From contig NC_043026.1 in NCBI RefSeq assembly GCF_006345805.1, positions 3,658,001 through 3,722,000 on the forward strand: 64,000 bases of DNA, read 5' to 3'. The notes under the pieces are model-generated. The model worked only from the letters and a program-made list of their open reading frames with translations, was not told the DNA's origin and did no database searches. This document shows positions 47,125 through 61,300 of this stretch, piece by piece (position 1 is the first letter of the stretch; every line of letters starts with the position of its first letter). A program made the position numbers and the translations under genes. The stretch comes from Octopus sinensis (Eukaryota).

Positions 47125-47537
47125 CCTGGACTTCATCACCATCATTGTTCGACCGTGGTTGAGACAATGGAATTTACCATGCTACGCCAGACTTCACGGT
47201 CCATCATGGCATTACGGAGGTCCTGTTGCTGAATGCCTGTATCCCTGGAGATTACATCAGGGTAGGAGAGTGTGCGCCCTCTGGTATCGCAAGTAGATGG
47301 TTACCAGAGGAGAAGAGTAGAAATTACCTCGTTTTCAGCTCTACAACAATGTCCAGCAAACTGGACTCTTCTACCTTTCACAAGAGATGACACAGGTGGT
47401 AGTTTCCCATATATTTGCATTTTGGTTGGATGACGCTTCCACGAGAGATTTTGAGCTCTCATAAGGAGGCGAGTGTAGTTTCCATCCAACCACCTCTCAA
47501 GCTTCTTTGATAACGTCCAGGTTTCTGAGCCATATAC
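47125..47537 (-). mobile_element. 5'-truncated RTE-like LINE 3' end (one in-frame stop)
   Basis: YGSETWTL...RRVQFAGH...LLW*PSTCDTRGR...AMMDREVWRSMVNSIVSTTVEQ*, then a short tga/gat tail. Confidence 0.8.
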
Positions 47538-47739
47538 TCTCTTTACTCTTTTACATGTTTCAGTCATTTGACTGCGGCCATGCTGGAGCACCGCCTTTAG
47601 TCGAGCAAATCGATCCCGGGACTTATTCTTTTGTAAGCCCAGTACTTATTCTATCGGTCTCTTTTGCCGAACCACTAAGTGACGGGGACGTAAACACACC
47701 AGCATCGGTTGTCAAGCAAAGCTAGGGAGACAAACGCAG

Positions 47740-47794
<55 letters not shown>

Positions 47795-48462
47795 CAATAT
47801 AGGATGAAGTCCCTTACTCTACAGCAAAGGAATTCATCAGGAAGCGTGGGCAGTATATTTAAAAAAACCGTTACGGTTGCAATATACATCATATAATTAA
47901 GGGCTAAAGAGGGTTATTCTAAAGCCAAATACACTGTTTTATCCACTTATAATCCGCTTGTTACAGGAAAATTGAAACTGAAAACGGGCAACTAACCTTT
48001 AGAAAATTTAAATTTCGTTATCTCTATATTGAATCAATTTCGGACTTAATCTTATAAAAAAAGATATATTCCTTCTTCAGTAGAACTTTCGATGGGATAT
48101 AAATAAAATACTCACGTATGATCATGGAAAAAGCACAAGCTAAAAACATAACTACACTTGAGTACATCACTTATATCTAAAAATAAAAATTCTTTGGTCA
48201 GCCTCAGAAAACAACGTTCAGACCTTTCGCCGCTACAAATTGTAATGGTTACCAGTCCTCCTGTAGCAAGCATCGAGTTTACTACTAAGCAATATAGGAT
48301 GAAGTCCCTTACTCTACAGCAAAGGAATTCATCAGGAATTCATTAAATTTTCTAAAGGTTAGTTGCCCGTTTTCAGTTTCAATTTTCCTGTAACAAGCGG
48401 ATTATAAGTGGATAAAACAGTGTATTTGGCTTTAGAATAACCCTCTTTAGCCCTTAATTATA

Positions 48463-48499
<37 letters not shown>

Positions 48500-48839
48500 T
48501 ACGACGGGCTTCTTTCAGTTTCCGTCTACCAAATCCACTCACAAGGCATTGGTCGGCCCGGGGCTATAGCAGAAGACACTTGCCCAAGATGCCTCGCAGT
48601 GGGACTGAACCCAGAACCATGTCGTTGGTTAGCAAGCTACTTACCACACAGCCACTCCTGCGCCTATATGGTTTCGGGTTCAGTCCCACTGCGTGGCACT
48701 TTGGGCTGGTGGCTTCTACTATAGCCCCGAGCCGACCGAAACTTTGTGATTGAATTCGGTAGGTGGAAGTTACTGCCATGTGTGTATATGTGCGTGTAGG
48801 TGCTTGTGCCTCTCCGAAAGAGAGAGAGAGTCACTATAC

Positions 48840-49237
48840 AGTTTACTTTTTACTCTCTTTTACTTGTTTCAGTCATTTGACTGCGGCCATGCTGGAGCAC
48901 CACCTTTAATCGAGCAAATCGACCCTGGGACTTATTCTTTTGTAAGCCCAGTACTTATTCTATCGGTCTCTTTCACCGAACCGCTAAGTAACGGGGACAT
49001 AAACACACCAGCAATGGTTGTCAAGCAATACTAGGGGGACAAACACAGACACACAAACATACACGCACATATATATACATATATACGATGGGCTTCTTTC
49101 AGTTTCCGTCTACCAAATCCACTCACAAGGCTTTGGTCGGCCCGAGGCTATAGTAGAAGACACTTGCCCAAGGTGCCACGCAGTGGGACTGAACCCGGAA
49201 CCTTGTGGTTGGTAAACAAGCTACTTACCACACAGCC
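48840..49237 (-). mobile_element. SINE family A, full length (further heads at ~48500-48790 in both orientations)
   Basis: Reverse complement of the family A sequence. Confidence 0.85.
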
Positions 49238-50324
49238 AAGGTTCTTAAATACCTGATTTTATTTATTTGCTCAAGTTTCTATCCACTTCCTCTTTGTACC
49301 AGCTTCCTTATCTACCGTCTTATTAAAGCATTAACCACAACATGGACCACTGAGGGCTCATCACAAACCTCACACAACGGCCATAAGCAGCACCAGTGGT
49401 ACATTTTTCAATATTTGAGAAAATATATTATTCCGTATCATTGAGATAGTCACCTTGTGCAGCAGAAATATTTTTATTTATCTATGCGCCCTTTCAAGCC
49501 TAGACAGGCTCATGGGCCAGTTTTCCCGGTTTCTATCATGCATCTGTTCCCACCCAGGTAGAAGGGACGCCAGTCCATCGCAGCGTTACTCAAGGAACAG
49601 GAAGAGAGAGTGAGAGAAAGTTGGGGGCGAAAGAGTACAACAGGGGTCGCCACCACCCCCTGCCAGAGCCTCGTGGAGCTTTAGGTGTTTTCGCTCAATA
49701 AACACACACAGCGCCTGGTCTAGGAATTGAAACTGCGTTCCTCTGACCGCAAGTCCACTGCCCTAACCACTGGGCCATTGCGCCTTCACAAAAATAAATG
49801 CACCCCTTTAAAGCCTAGCGAGGCTCATGGGCCCGGTTTCCTGGTTTCTGTTTCATATGTGTTCCCCCCAGCTGGACCGGATGCAAGTCCATCGCAGCTT
49901 TACTCAGGAAACAGGAAGAAAGAGTGAGAGAAAGTTGGGGGTGAAAGAGTACAACAGGGGTCGCCAACACCCCCTGCTGGAGCCTCATGGTGATTCTAGG
50001 CGTTTTCGCTCAATAAACAAACACAACACCCGGTCTAGGAATTGAAACTGCGATCCTCCGACCGCAAGTCCGTGCAGCAGCATTATACCAGTTCTTTTAC
50101 TGCCCCTCCTGAAATCTGGCTTGCAAGTTGTTTTCTTTGAGGACCTTCTGCAATTTTCTCTGGATCTTATAAATTTTGTTAGAATGGCGACCGTTGAGTA
50201 GCATGCCCCGGGAGATGAACTCTTGCTGTACAAGACCATGTTTTCAGGGGTGAGGCTTGTGGCAGGTCTTCCACTTTTGAAGAACCCATGTCACTCAAAA
50301 CATTACATACAATCTTATTTCTTT

Positions 50325-51060
50325 ATTGCCCACAAGGGGCTAAACATAGAAGGAACAAACAAGGACAGACAAATGGATTAAGTCGATTACATCGACCCCA
50401 GTGCGTAACTGGTACTTAATTTATCGACCCTGAAAGGATGAAAGGCAAAGTCGACCTCGGCGGAATTTGAACTCAGAACTTAACGGCAGTCGAAATACCT
50501 ATTTTTTTATTGCCCACAAGGGGCTAAACACAGAGAGGACACACGGATTAAGTCGATTACATCGACCCCAGTGCGTAACTGGTACTTAATTTATCGACCC
50601 GAAAGGATGAAAGACAAAGTCGGCCTCGGCGAAATTTGAACTCAGAATGTAGCGGCAGATGAAATACCTATTTCTTTACTACCCATAAGGGGCTAAACGC
50701 AGAGAGGACAAACGGATTAAGTCGATTACATCAACCCCAGTGCGTAACTGGCACTTAATTTATTGACCCTGAAAGGATGAAAGACAATGTCGCCCTCGGC
50801 AGAATTTGAACTCAGAATGTAGCAGCAGACGAAATACTTATTTCTTTACTACTCACAAGGGGCTAAACACAGAGGGACAAACAAGGACAGACAAACGGAT
50901 TAAGTCGATTACATCGACCCCAGTGCGTAATTGGTACTTAATTTATCGACCCTGAAAGGATGAAAGGCAAAGTCAACCTCGGCAGAATTTGAACTCAGAA
51001 CGTAATGGCAGACGAAATACTGCTAAGCACTTCACCCGGCGTGCTAACGTTTCTGCCAGC
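50325..51060 (-). repeat. SINE family B with 4 tandem copies of the ~180-bp 3' unit
   Basis: Same unit and junction as 34055-34630. Confidence 0.85.
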
Positions 51061-51122
51061 TCACCGCCTAAACCAGCTTTTTCTGAAGACATGTTGAGCT
51101 CCGTGGTGTATACAGTCAAATG

Positions 51123-52039
51123 TGGAGGCACAATGGCCCAGTGGTTAGGGCAGCGGACTCGCGGTTTTGATTCCCAGACCGGGCGTTGTGAGTGTTTATT
51201 GAGCGAAAACACCTAAAAAGCTCCACGAGGCTCCGGCAGGGGATGGTGGCGATCCCTGCTGTACTCTTTCACCACAACTTTCTCTCACTCTTACTTCCTG
51301 TTTCTGTTGTACCTGTATTTCAAAGGGCCGGCCTTGTCACTCTCTGTGTCATGCTGAATATCCCCGAGAACTACGTTAAGGGTACACGTGTCTGTGGAGT
51401 GCTCAGCCACTTACACGTTAATTTCACGAGCAGGCTGTTCCGTTGATTCGGATCAACCGGAACCCTCGTCGTCGTAACCAACTGAGTGCTTCCATCCGAG
51501 GCTCTGGCAGGGGATGGTGGTGATCCCTGCTGTACTCTTTCACCACAACTTTCTCTCACTCTTACTTCCTGTTTCTGTTGTACCTGTATTTCAAAGGGCC
51601 GGCCTTGTCACTCTCTGTGTCATGCTGAATATCCCCGAGAACTACGTTAAGGGTACACGTGTCTGTGGAGTGCTCAGCCACTTACACGTTAATTTCACGA
51701 GCAGGCTGTTCCGTTGATTCGGATCAACCGGAACCCTCGTCGTCGTAACCAACTGAGTGCTTCCATCCGAGGCTCTGGCAGGGGATGGTGGTGATCCCTG
51801 CTGTACTCTTTCACCACAACTTTCTCTCACTCTTACTTCCTGTTTCTGTTGTACCTGTATTTCAAAGGGCCGGCCTTGTCACTCTCTGTGTCACGCTAAA
51901 TATCGCCGAGAACGACGTTAAGGGTACACGTGTCTATGGAGTACTCAGCCACTTACACGTTAATTTCACGAGCAGGCTGTTCCGTTGATTCGGATCAACC
52001 GGAACCCTCGTCGTCGTAACCAACGGAATGCTTCCATCC
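51123..52039 (+). mobile_element. SINE family C with a triplicated 271-bp 3' part, inside a 13-bp TSD
   Basis: atacagtcaaatg at 51110-51122 and 52040-52052; ORF-track repeats at 51514 and 51785 are 271 apart. Confidence 0.85.
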
Positions 52040-52321
52040 ATACAGTCAAATGCCTTGGCTGAATATATGAAGCAAGCCAATGAATCTTCGTAACTGCAGT
52101 TGCCTCCGTACCAGAATGCTGATCGCCTTAAATGCCTCGTTTATTGTCTTAAATACTGGTAAAAAATTTTTTTTACTTGTTCTAGCTTCTGTTCATCTCA
52201 CTTCGTACTTACCTTTTTTGTAGTCTTATTAACACAATGGCCACCTTCAGTGATTTATCGCAAACATCTCATAACCATCATATGCACCACCAGTGGTACT
52301 TTTTCATAATTTGAGAAAGTA

Positions 52322-55300
52322 TTGGGTTGTCTGGAAAGTTTGTGCCGATTTATAGTAGCTTACCTTTCGACTTCTTTTAGAACACGGTTGAGTTCATAAC
52401 ATAGGATTTAACTACACCTCCATTCAGAGCACAGTTTAAGCTAGCTCTGCTTTTCTCTCAAGATATTGGGTTGTCTGGAAAGTTTGTGCCGATTTATAGT
52501 AGCTTACCTTTCGACTTATTTTAGAACATGGTTGAGTCCATAAAATAGGATTTGACTACACCTCCATTCAGAGCACAGTTTAAGCTAGCTCTGCTTTTCT
52601 CTCAAGATATTGGGTTGTCTGGAAAGTTCGCGCCGATTTATAGTAGCTTACCTTTCGACTTATTTTAGAACACGGTTGAGTTCATAACATAGGATTTAAC
52701 TACACCTCCATTTAGAGCCCAGTTTAAGCTAGCTCTGCTTTTCTCTCAAGATATTGGGTTGTCTGGAAAGTTCGCGCCGATTTATAGTAGCTTACCTTTC
52801 GACTTCTTTTAGAACACGGTTGAGTTCATAACATAGGATTTAACTACACCTCCATTTAGAGCACAGTTTAAGCTAGCTCTGCTTTTCTCTCAAGATATTG
52901 GGTTGTCTGGAAAGTTCGCGCCGATTTATAGTAGCTTACCTTTCGACTTATTTTAACACGGTTGAGTTCATAACATAGGATTTAACTACACCTCCATTTA
53001 GAGCCCAGTTTAAGCTAACTCTGCTTTTCTCTCAAGATATTGGGTTGTCTGGAAAGTTTGTGCCGATTTATAGTAGCTTACCTTTCGACTTATTTTAGAA
53101 CACGGTTGAGTTCATAACATAGGATTTAACTACACCTCCATTTAGAGCCAGTTTAAGCTAGCTCTGCTTTTCTCTCAAGATATTGGGTTGTCTGGAAAGT
53201 TCGCGCCGATTTATAGTAGCTTACCTTTCGACTTATTTTAGAACACGGTTGAGTTCATAAAATAGGATTTAACTACACCTCCATTTAGAGCCCAGTTTAA
53301 GCTAGCTCTGCTTTTCTCTCAAGATATTGGTTGTCTGGAAAGTTTGTGCCGATTTATAGTAGCTTACCTTTCGACTTATTTTAGAACACGGTTGAGTTCA
53401 TAAAATAGGATTTAACTACACCTCCATTTAGAGCCCAGTTTAAGCTAGCTCTGCTTTTCTCTCAAGATATTGGGTTGTCTGGAAAGTTTGTGCCGATTTA
53501 TAGTAGCTTACCTTTCGACTTATTTTAGAACACGGTTGAGTTCATAAAATAGGATTTAACTACACCTCCATTTAGAGCCCAGTTTAAGCTAGCTCTGCTT
53601 TTCTCTCAAGATATTGGGTTGTCTGGAAAGTTCGTGCCGATTTATAGTAGCTTACCTTTCGACTTATTTTAGAACATAGTTGAGTCCATAAAATAGGATT
53701 TGACTACACCTCCATTTAGAGCACAGTTTAAGCTAGCTCTGCTTTTCTCTCAAGATATTGGGTTGTCTGGAAAGTTTGTGCCGATTTATAGTAGCTTACC
53801 TTTCGACTTATTTTAGAACATGGTTGAGTCCATAAAATAGGATTTGACTACACCTCCATTTGGAATCCAGTTTAAGCTAGCTCTGCTTTTCTCTCAAGAT
53901 ATTGGGTTGTCTGGAAAGTTCTTGCCGATTTATAGTAGCTTACCTTTCGACTTATTTTAGAACATGGTTGAGTCCATAAAATAGGATTTGACTACACCTC
54001 CATTTGGAGTCCAGTTTAAGCTAGCTCTGCTTTTCTCTTAAGATATTGGGTTGTCTGGAAAGTTTGTGCCGATTTATAGTAGCTTACCTTTCGACTTATT
54101 TTAGAACATGGTTGAGTCGATAAAATAGGATTTGACTACACCTCCATTTGGAGTCCAGTTTAAGCTAGCTCTGCTTTTCTCTCAAGATATTGGGTTGTCT
54201 GGAAAGTTCGTGCCGATTTATAGTAGCTTACCTTTCAACTTATTTTAGAACATGGTTGAGTCCATAAAATAGGATTTGACTACATCTCCATTTAGAGCAC
54301 AGTTTAAGCTAGCTCTGCTTTTCTCTTAAGATATTGGGTTGTTTGGAAGGTTTTTGCCGATTTATAGTAGCTTACCTTTCGACTTATTTTAGAACATGGT
54401 TGAGTCCATAAAATAGGATTTGACTACACCTCCATTTGGAGTCCAGTTTAAGCTAGCTCTGCTTTTCTCTCAAGATATTGGGTTGTCTGGAAAGTTCGTG
54501 CCGATTTATAGTAGCTTACCTTTCAACTTATTTTAGAACATGGTTGAGTCCATAAAATAGGATTTGACTACATCTCCATTTAGAGCACAGTTTAAGCTAG
54601 CTCAGCTTTTCTCTTAAGATATTGGGTTGTTTGGAAGGTTTGGGCCGATTTATAGTAGCTTACCTTTCGACTTATTTTAGAACATGTTTGAGTCCATAAA
54701 ATAGGATTTGACTACACCTCCATTTAGAGTCCAGTTTAAGCTAGCTCTGCTTTTCTCTTAAGATATTGGGTTGTCTGGAAAGTTCGTGCCGATTTATAGT
54801 AGCTTACCTTTCGACTTATTTTAGAACATGGTTGAGTCCATAAAATAGGATTTGACTACATCTCCATTTAGAGCACAGTTTAAGCTAGCTCTGCTTTTCT
54901 TTCAAGATATTGGGTTGTCTGGAAAGTTCATGCCGATTTATAGTAGCTTACCTTTCGACTTATTTTAGAACACAGTTGAGTCCATAAAATAGGATTTGAC
55001 TACACCTCCATTTAGAGCACAGTTTAAGCTAGCTCAGCTTTTCTCTCAAGATATTGGGTTGTCCGGAAAGTTCATGCCAATTTATAGTAGCTTACCTTTC
55101 GACTTATTTTAGAACATGGTTGAGTCCATAAAATAGGATTTGACTACACCTCCATTTAGAGCACAGTTTAAGCTAGCTCTGCTTTTCTCTAAAGATATTG
55201 GGTTGTCTGGAAAGTTCTTGCCGATATATAGTAGCTTACCTTTCGACTTATTTTAGAACATGTTTGAGTCCATAAAATAGGATTTGACTACACTTCCATT

Positions 55301-58300
55301 TAGAGCCCAGTTTAAGCTAGCTCTGCTTTTCTCTCAAGATATTGGGTTGTCTGGAAAGTTCTTGCCGATATATAGTAGCTTACCTTTCGACTTATTTTAG
55401 AACATGGTTGAGTTCATAAAATAGGATTTGACTACACCTCCATTTAGAGCCCAGTTTAAGCTAGCTCTGCTTTCCTCTCAAGATATTGGGTTGTCTGGAA
55501 AGTTTGTGCCGATTTATAGTAGCTTACCTTTCGACTTATTTTAGAACATGGTTGAGTCCATAAAATAGGATTTGACTACACCTCCATTTAGAGCCCAGTT
55601 TAAGCTAGCTCTGCTTTTCTCTCAAGATATTGGGTTGTCTGGAAAGTTCGTGCCGATTTATAGTAGCTTACCTTTCGACTTATTTTAGAACATGGTTGAG
55701 TCCATAAAATAGGATTTGACTACACCTCCATTTAGAGCACAGTTTAAGCTAGCTCAGCTTTTCTCTCAAGATATTGGGTTGTCTGGAAAGTTTGTGCCGA
55801 TTTATAGTAGCTTACCTTTCGACTTATTTTAGAAAATGGTTGAGTACATAAAATAGGATTTGACTACACCTCCATTTAGAGCACAGTTTAAGCTAGCTCA
55901 GCTTTTCTCTCAAGATATTGGGTTGTCTGGAAAGTTTGTGCCGATTTATAGTAGCTTACCTTTCGACTTATTTTAGAACATGGTTGAGTCCATAAAATAG
56001 GATTTGACTACACCTCCATTTAGAGCACAGTTTAAGCTAGCTCAGCTTTTCTCTCAAGATATTGGGTTGTCTGGAAAGTTTGTGCCGATTTATAGTAGCT
56101 TACCTTTCGACTTATTTTAGAACATGGTTGAGTCCATAAAATAGGATTTGACTACACCTCCATTTAGAGCACAGTTTAAGCTAGCTCTGCTTTTCTCTCA
56201 AGATACTGGGTTGTCTGGAAAGTTTGTGCCGATTTATAGTAGCTTACCTTTCGACTTATTTTAGAACATGGTTGAGTCCATGAAATAGGATTTGACTACA
56301 CCTCCATTTAGAGCACAGTTTAAGCTAGCTCTGCTTTTCTCTCAAGATACTGGGTTGTCTGGAAAGTTTGTGCCGATTTATAGTAGCTTACCTTTCGACT
56401 TATTTTAGAACATGGTTGAGTCCATAAAATAGGATTTGACTACACCTCCATTTAGAGCACAGTTTAAGCTAGCTCAGCTTTTCTCTCAAGATATTGGGTT
56501 GTCTGGAAAGTTTGTGCCGATTTATAGTAGCTTACCTTTCGACTTATTTTAGAACATGGTTGAGTCCATAAAATAGGATTTGACTACACCTCCATTTAGA
56601 GCCCAGTTTAAGCTAGCTCTGCTTTTCTCTCAAGATATTGGGTTGTCTGGAAAGTTCTTGCCGATTTATAGTAGCTTACCTTTCGACTTATTTTAGAACA
56701 TGGTTGAGTCCATAAAATAGGATTTGACTACACCTCCATTTAGAGCACAGTTTAAGCTAGCTCTGCTTTTCTCTCAAGATATTGGGTTGTCTGGAAAGTT
56801 CATGCCGATTTATAGTAGCTTACCTTTCGACTTATTTTAGAACATGGTTGAGCCCATAAAATAGGATTTGACTACACCTCCATTTATAGCACAGTTTAAG
56901 CAAGCTCTGCTTTTCTCTCAAGATATTGGGTTGTCTGGAAAGTTTGTGCCGATTTATAGTAGCTTACCTTTCGACTTATTTTAGAACATGGTTGAGTCCA
57001 TAAAATAGGATTTGACTACACCTCCATTTAGAGCACAGTTTAAGCAAGCTCTGCTTTTCTCTCAAGATATTGGGTTGTCTGGAAAGTTTGTGCCGATTTA
57101 TAGTAGCTTACCTTTCGACTTATTTTAGAACATGGTTGAGTCCATAAAATAGGATTTGACTACACCTCCATTTGGAGTCCAGTTTAAGCTAGCTCTGCTT
57201 TTCTCTCAAGATATTGGGTTGTCTGGAAAGTTCGTGCCGATTTATAGTAGCTTACCTTTCGACTTATTTTAGAACATGGTTGAGTCCATAAAATAGGATT
57301 TGACTACATCTCCATTTAGAGCACAGTTTAAGCTAGCTCTGCTTTTCTCTTAAGATATTGGGTTGTTTGGAAAGTTTGTGCCGATTTATAGTAGCTTACC
57401 TTTCGACTTATTTTAGAACATGGTTGAGTCCATAAAATAGGATTTGACTACACCTCCATTTGGAGTCCAGTTTAAGCTAGCTCTGCTTTTCTCTCAAGAT
57501 ATTGGGTTGTCTGGAAAGTTCGTGCCGATTTATAGTAGCTTACCTTTCAACTTATTTTAGAACATGGTTGAGTCCATAAAATAGGATTTGACTACATCTC
57601 CATTTAGAGCACAGTTTAAGCTAGCTCTGCTTTTCTCTCAAGATATTGGGTTGTCTGGAAAGTTCATGCCGATTTATAGTAGCTTACCTTTCGACTTATT
57701 TTAGAACAGAGTTGAGTCCATAAAATAGGATTTGACTACACCTCCATTTAGAGCACAGTTTAAGCTAGCTCAGCTTTTCTCTCAAGATATTGGGTTGTCC
57801 GGAAAGTTCATGCCGATTTATAGTAGCTTACCTTTCGACTTATTTTAGAACATGGTTGAGTCCATAAAATAGGATTTGACTATACCTCCATTTAGAGCAC
57901 AGTTTAAGCTAGCTCTGCTTTTCTCTCAAGATATTGGGTTGTCCGGAAAGTCCTTGCCGATTTATAGTAGCTTACCTTTCGACTTATTTTAGACACAGAG
58001 TTGAGTCCATAAAATAGGATTTGACTACCCCATTTAGAGCACAGTTTAAGCTAGCTCAGCTTTTCTCTCAAGATATTGGGTTGTCCGGAAAGTTCATGCC
58101 GATTTATAGTAGCTTACCTTTCGACTTATTTTAGAACATGGTTGAGTCCATAAAATAGGATTTGACTACACCTCCATTTAGAGCACAGTTTAAGCTAGCT
58201 CTGCTTTTCTCTCAAGATATTGGGTTGTCTGGAAAGTTCGTGCCGATTTATAGTAGCTTACTTTCGACTTATTTTAGAACATGGTTGAGTCCATAAAATA

Positions 58301-61300
58301 GGATTTGACTACACCTCCATTTAGAGCACAGTTTAAGCTAGCTCTGCTTTTCTCTCAAGATATTGGGTTGTCTGGAAAGTTCGTGCCGATTTATAGTAGC
58401 TTACCTTTCGACTTATTTTAGAACATGGTTGAGTCCATAAAATAGGATTTGACTACACCTCCATTTAGAGCACAGTTTAAGCTAGCTCTGTTTTTCTCTC
58501 AAGATATTTGGTTGTCCGGAAAGTTTGTGCCGATTTATAGTAGCTTACCTTTCGACTTATTTTAGAACATGGTTGAGTCCATAAAATAGGATTTGACTAC
58601 AACTCCATTTAGAGCACAGTTTAAGCTAGCTCTGCTTTTCTCTCAAGATATTGGGTTGTCTGGAAAGTTTGTGCCGATTTTTAGTAGCTTACCTTTCGAC
58701 TTATTTTAGAACATGGTTGAGTCCATAAAATAGGATTTGACTATACCTCCATTTAGAGCACAGTTTAAGCTAGCTCTGCTTTTCTCTCAAGATATTGGGT
58801 TGTCTGGAAAGTTCTTGCCGATTTATAGTAGCTTACCTTTCGACTTATTTTAGAACATGGTTGAGTCCATAAAATAGGATTTGACTATACCTCCATTTAG
58901 AGCACAGTTTAAGCTAGCTCTGCTTTTCTCTCAAGATATTGGGTTGTCTGGAAAGTTCTTGCCGATTTATAGTAGCTTACCTTTCGACTTATTTTAGAAC
59001 ATGGTTGAGTCCATAAAATAGGATTTGACTATACCTCCATTTAGAGCACAGTTTAAGCTAGCTCTGCTTTTCTCTCAAGATATTGGGTTGTCCGGAAAGT
59101 TTGTGCCGATTTATAGTAGCTTACCTTTCGACTTATTTTAGAACATGGTTGAGTCCATAAAATAGGATTTGATACACCTCCATTTAGAGCACAGTTTAAG
59201 CTAGCTCTGCTTTTCTCTCAAGATATTGGGTTGTCCGGAAAGTCCTTGCCGATTTATAGTAGCTTACCTTTCGAATTATTTTAGAACATGGTTGAGTCCA
59301 TAAAATAGGATTTGATACACCTCCATTTAGAGCACAGTTTAAGCTAGCTCTGCTTTTCTCTCAAGATATTGGATTGTCTGGAAAGTTTGTGCCGATTTAT
59401 AGTAGCTTACCTTTCGACTTATTTTAGAACATGGTTGAGTCCATAAAATAGGATTTTACTACACCTCCATTTAGAGCACAGTTTAAGCTAGCTCTGCTTT
59501 TCTCTCAAGATATTGGGTTGTTTGGAAAGTTCTTGCCGATTTATAGTAGCTTACCTTTCGACTTATTTTGGAACATGGTTGAGTCCATAAAATAGGATTT
59601 CACTACACCTCCATTTAGAGCCCAGTTTAAGCTAGCTCTGCTTTTCTCTCAAGATATTGGGTTGTCTGGAAAGTTCTTGCCGATTTATAGTAGCTTACCT
59701 TTCGACTTATTTTGGAACATGGTTGAGTCCATAAAATAGGATTTCACTACCCTCCATTTAGAGCCCAGTTTAAGCTAGCTCTGCTTTTCTCTCAAGATTT
59801 GGGTTGTCTGGAAAGTTCTTGCCGATTATAGTAGCTTACCTTTCGACTTATTTTAGAACATGGTTGAGTCCATAAAGTAGGATTTGACTACACCTCCATT
59901 TAGAGCACAGTTTAATCTAGCTCTGTTTTTCTCTCAAGATATTTGGTTGTCCGGAAAGTTTGTGCCGATTTATAGTAGCTTACCTTTCGACTTATTTTAG
60001 AACATGGTTGAGTCCATAAAATAGGATTTGACTACAACTCCATTTAGAGCACAGTTTAAGCTAGCTCTGCTTTTCTCTCAAGATATTGGGTCGTCTGGAA
60101 AGTTTGTGCCAATTTTTAGTAGCTTACCTTTTGACTTATTTTAGAACATGGTTGAGTCCATAAAATAGGATGTTACTACAACTCCATTTAGAGCACAGTT
60201 TAAGCTAGCTCTGCTTTTCTCTCAAGATATTGGGTTGTCTGGAAAGTTTGTGCCGATTTTTAGTAGCTTACCTTTCGACTTATTTTAGAACATGGTTGAG
60301 TCCATAAAATAGGATTTGACTATACCTCCATTTAGAGCACAGTTTAAGCTAGCTCTGCTTTTCTCTCAAGATATTGGGTTGTCCGGAAAGTCCTTGCCGA
60401 TTTATAGTAGCTTACCTTTCGACTTATTTTAGAACATGGTTGAGTCCATAAAATAGGATTGACTATACCTCCATTTAGAGCACAGTTTAAGCTAGCTCTG
60501 CTTTTCTCTCAAGATATTGGGTTGTCCGGAAAGTCCTTGCCGATTTATAGTAGCTTACTTTCGACTTATTTTAGAACATGGTTGAGTCCATAAAATAGGA
60601 TTTGATACACCTCCATTTAGAGCACAGTTTAAGCTAGCTCTGCTTTTCTCTCAAGATATTGGATTGTCTGGAAAGTTTGTGCCGATTTATAGTAGCTTAC
60701 CTTTCGACTTATTTTAGAACATGGTTGAGTCCATAAAATAGGATTTTACTACACCTCCATTAGAGCACAGTTTAAGATAGCTCTGCTTTTCTCTCAAGAT
60801 ATTGGGTTGTTGGAAAGTTCTTGCCGATTTATAGTAGCTTACCTTTCGACTTATTTTGGAACATGGTTGAGTCCATAAAATAGGATTTCACTACACCTCC
60901 ATTTAGAGCCCAGTTTAAGCTAGCTCTGCTTTTCTCTCAAGATATTGGGTTGTCTGGAAAGTTCTTGCCGATTTATAGTAGCTTACCTTTCGACTTATTT
61001 TAGAACATGGTTGAGTCCATAAAGTAGGATTTGACTACACCTCCATTTAGAGCACAGTTTAATCTAGCTCTGTTTTTCTCTCAAGATATTTGGTTGTCCG
61101 GAACGTTTGTGCCGATTTATAGTAGCTTACCTTTCGACTTATTTTAGAACATGGTTGAGTCCATAAAATAGGATTTGACTACAACTCCATTTAGAGCACA
61201 GTTTAAGCTAGCTCTGCTTTTCTCTCAAGATATTGGGTTGTCTGGAAAGTTCTTGCCGATTTTTAGTAGCTTACCTTTCGACTTATTTTAGAACATGGTT

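Noticed and set aside
50100-50260. Possible minus-strand LINE ORF2 remnant (SSPG...AILTKF...FRRGSK)
   Set aside because: Only a vague resemblance to the pre-RT region; needs TBLASTX
52060-52320. Possible minus-strand exon (aag|gtaagt seen)
   Set aside because: Stops in all frames examined; it is a diverged copy of the repeat at ~49240-49450
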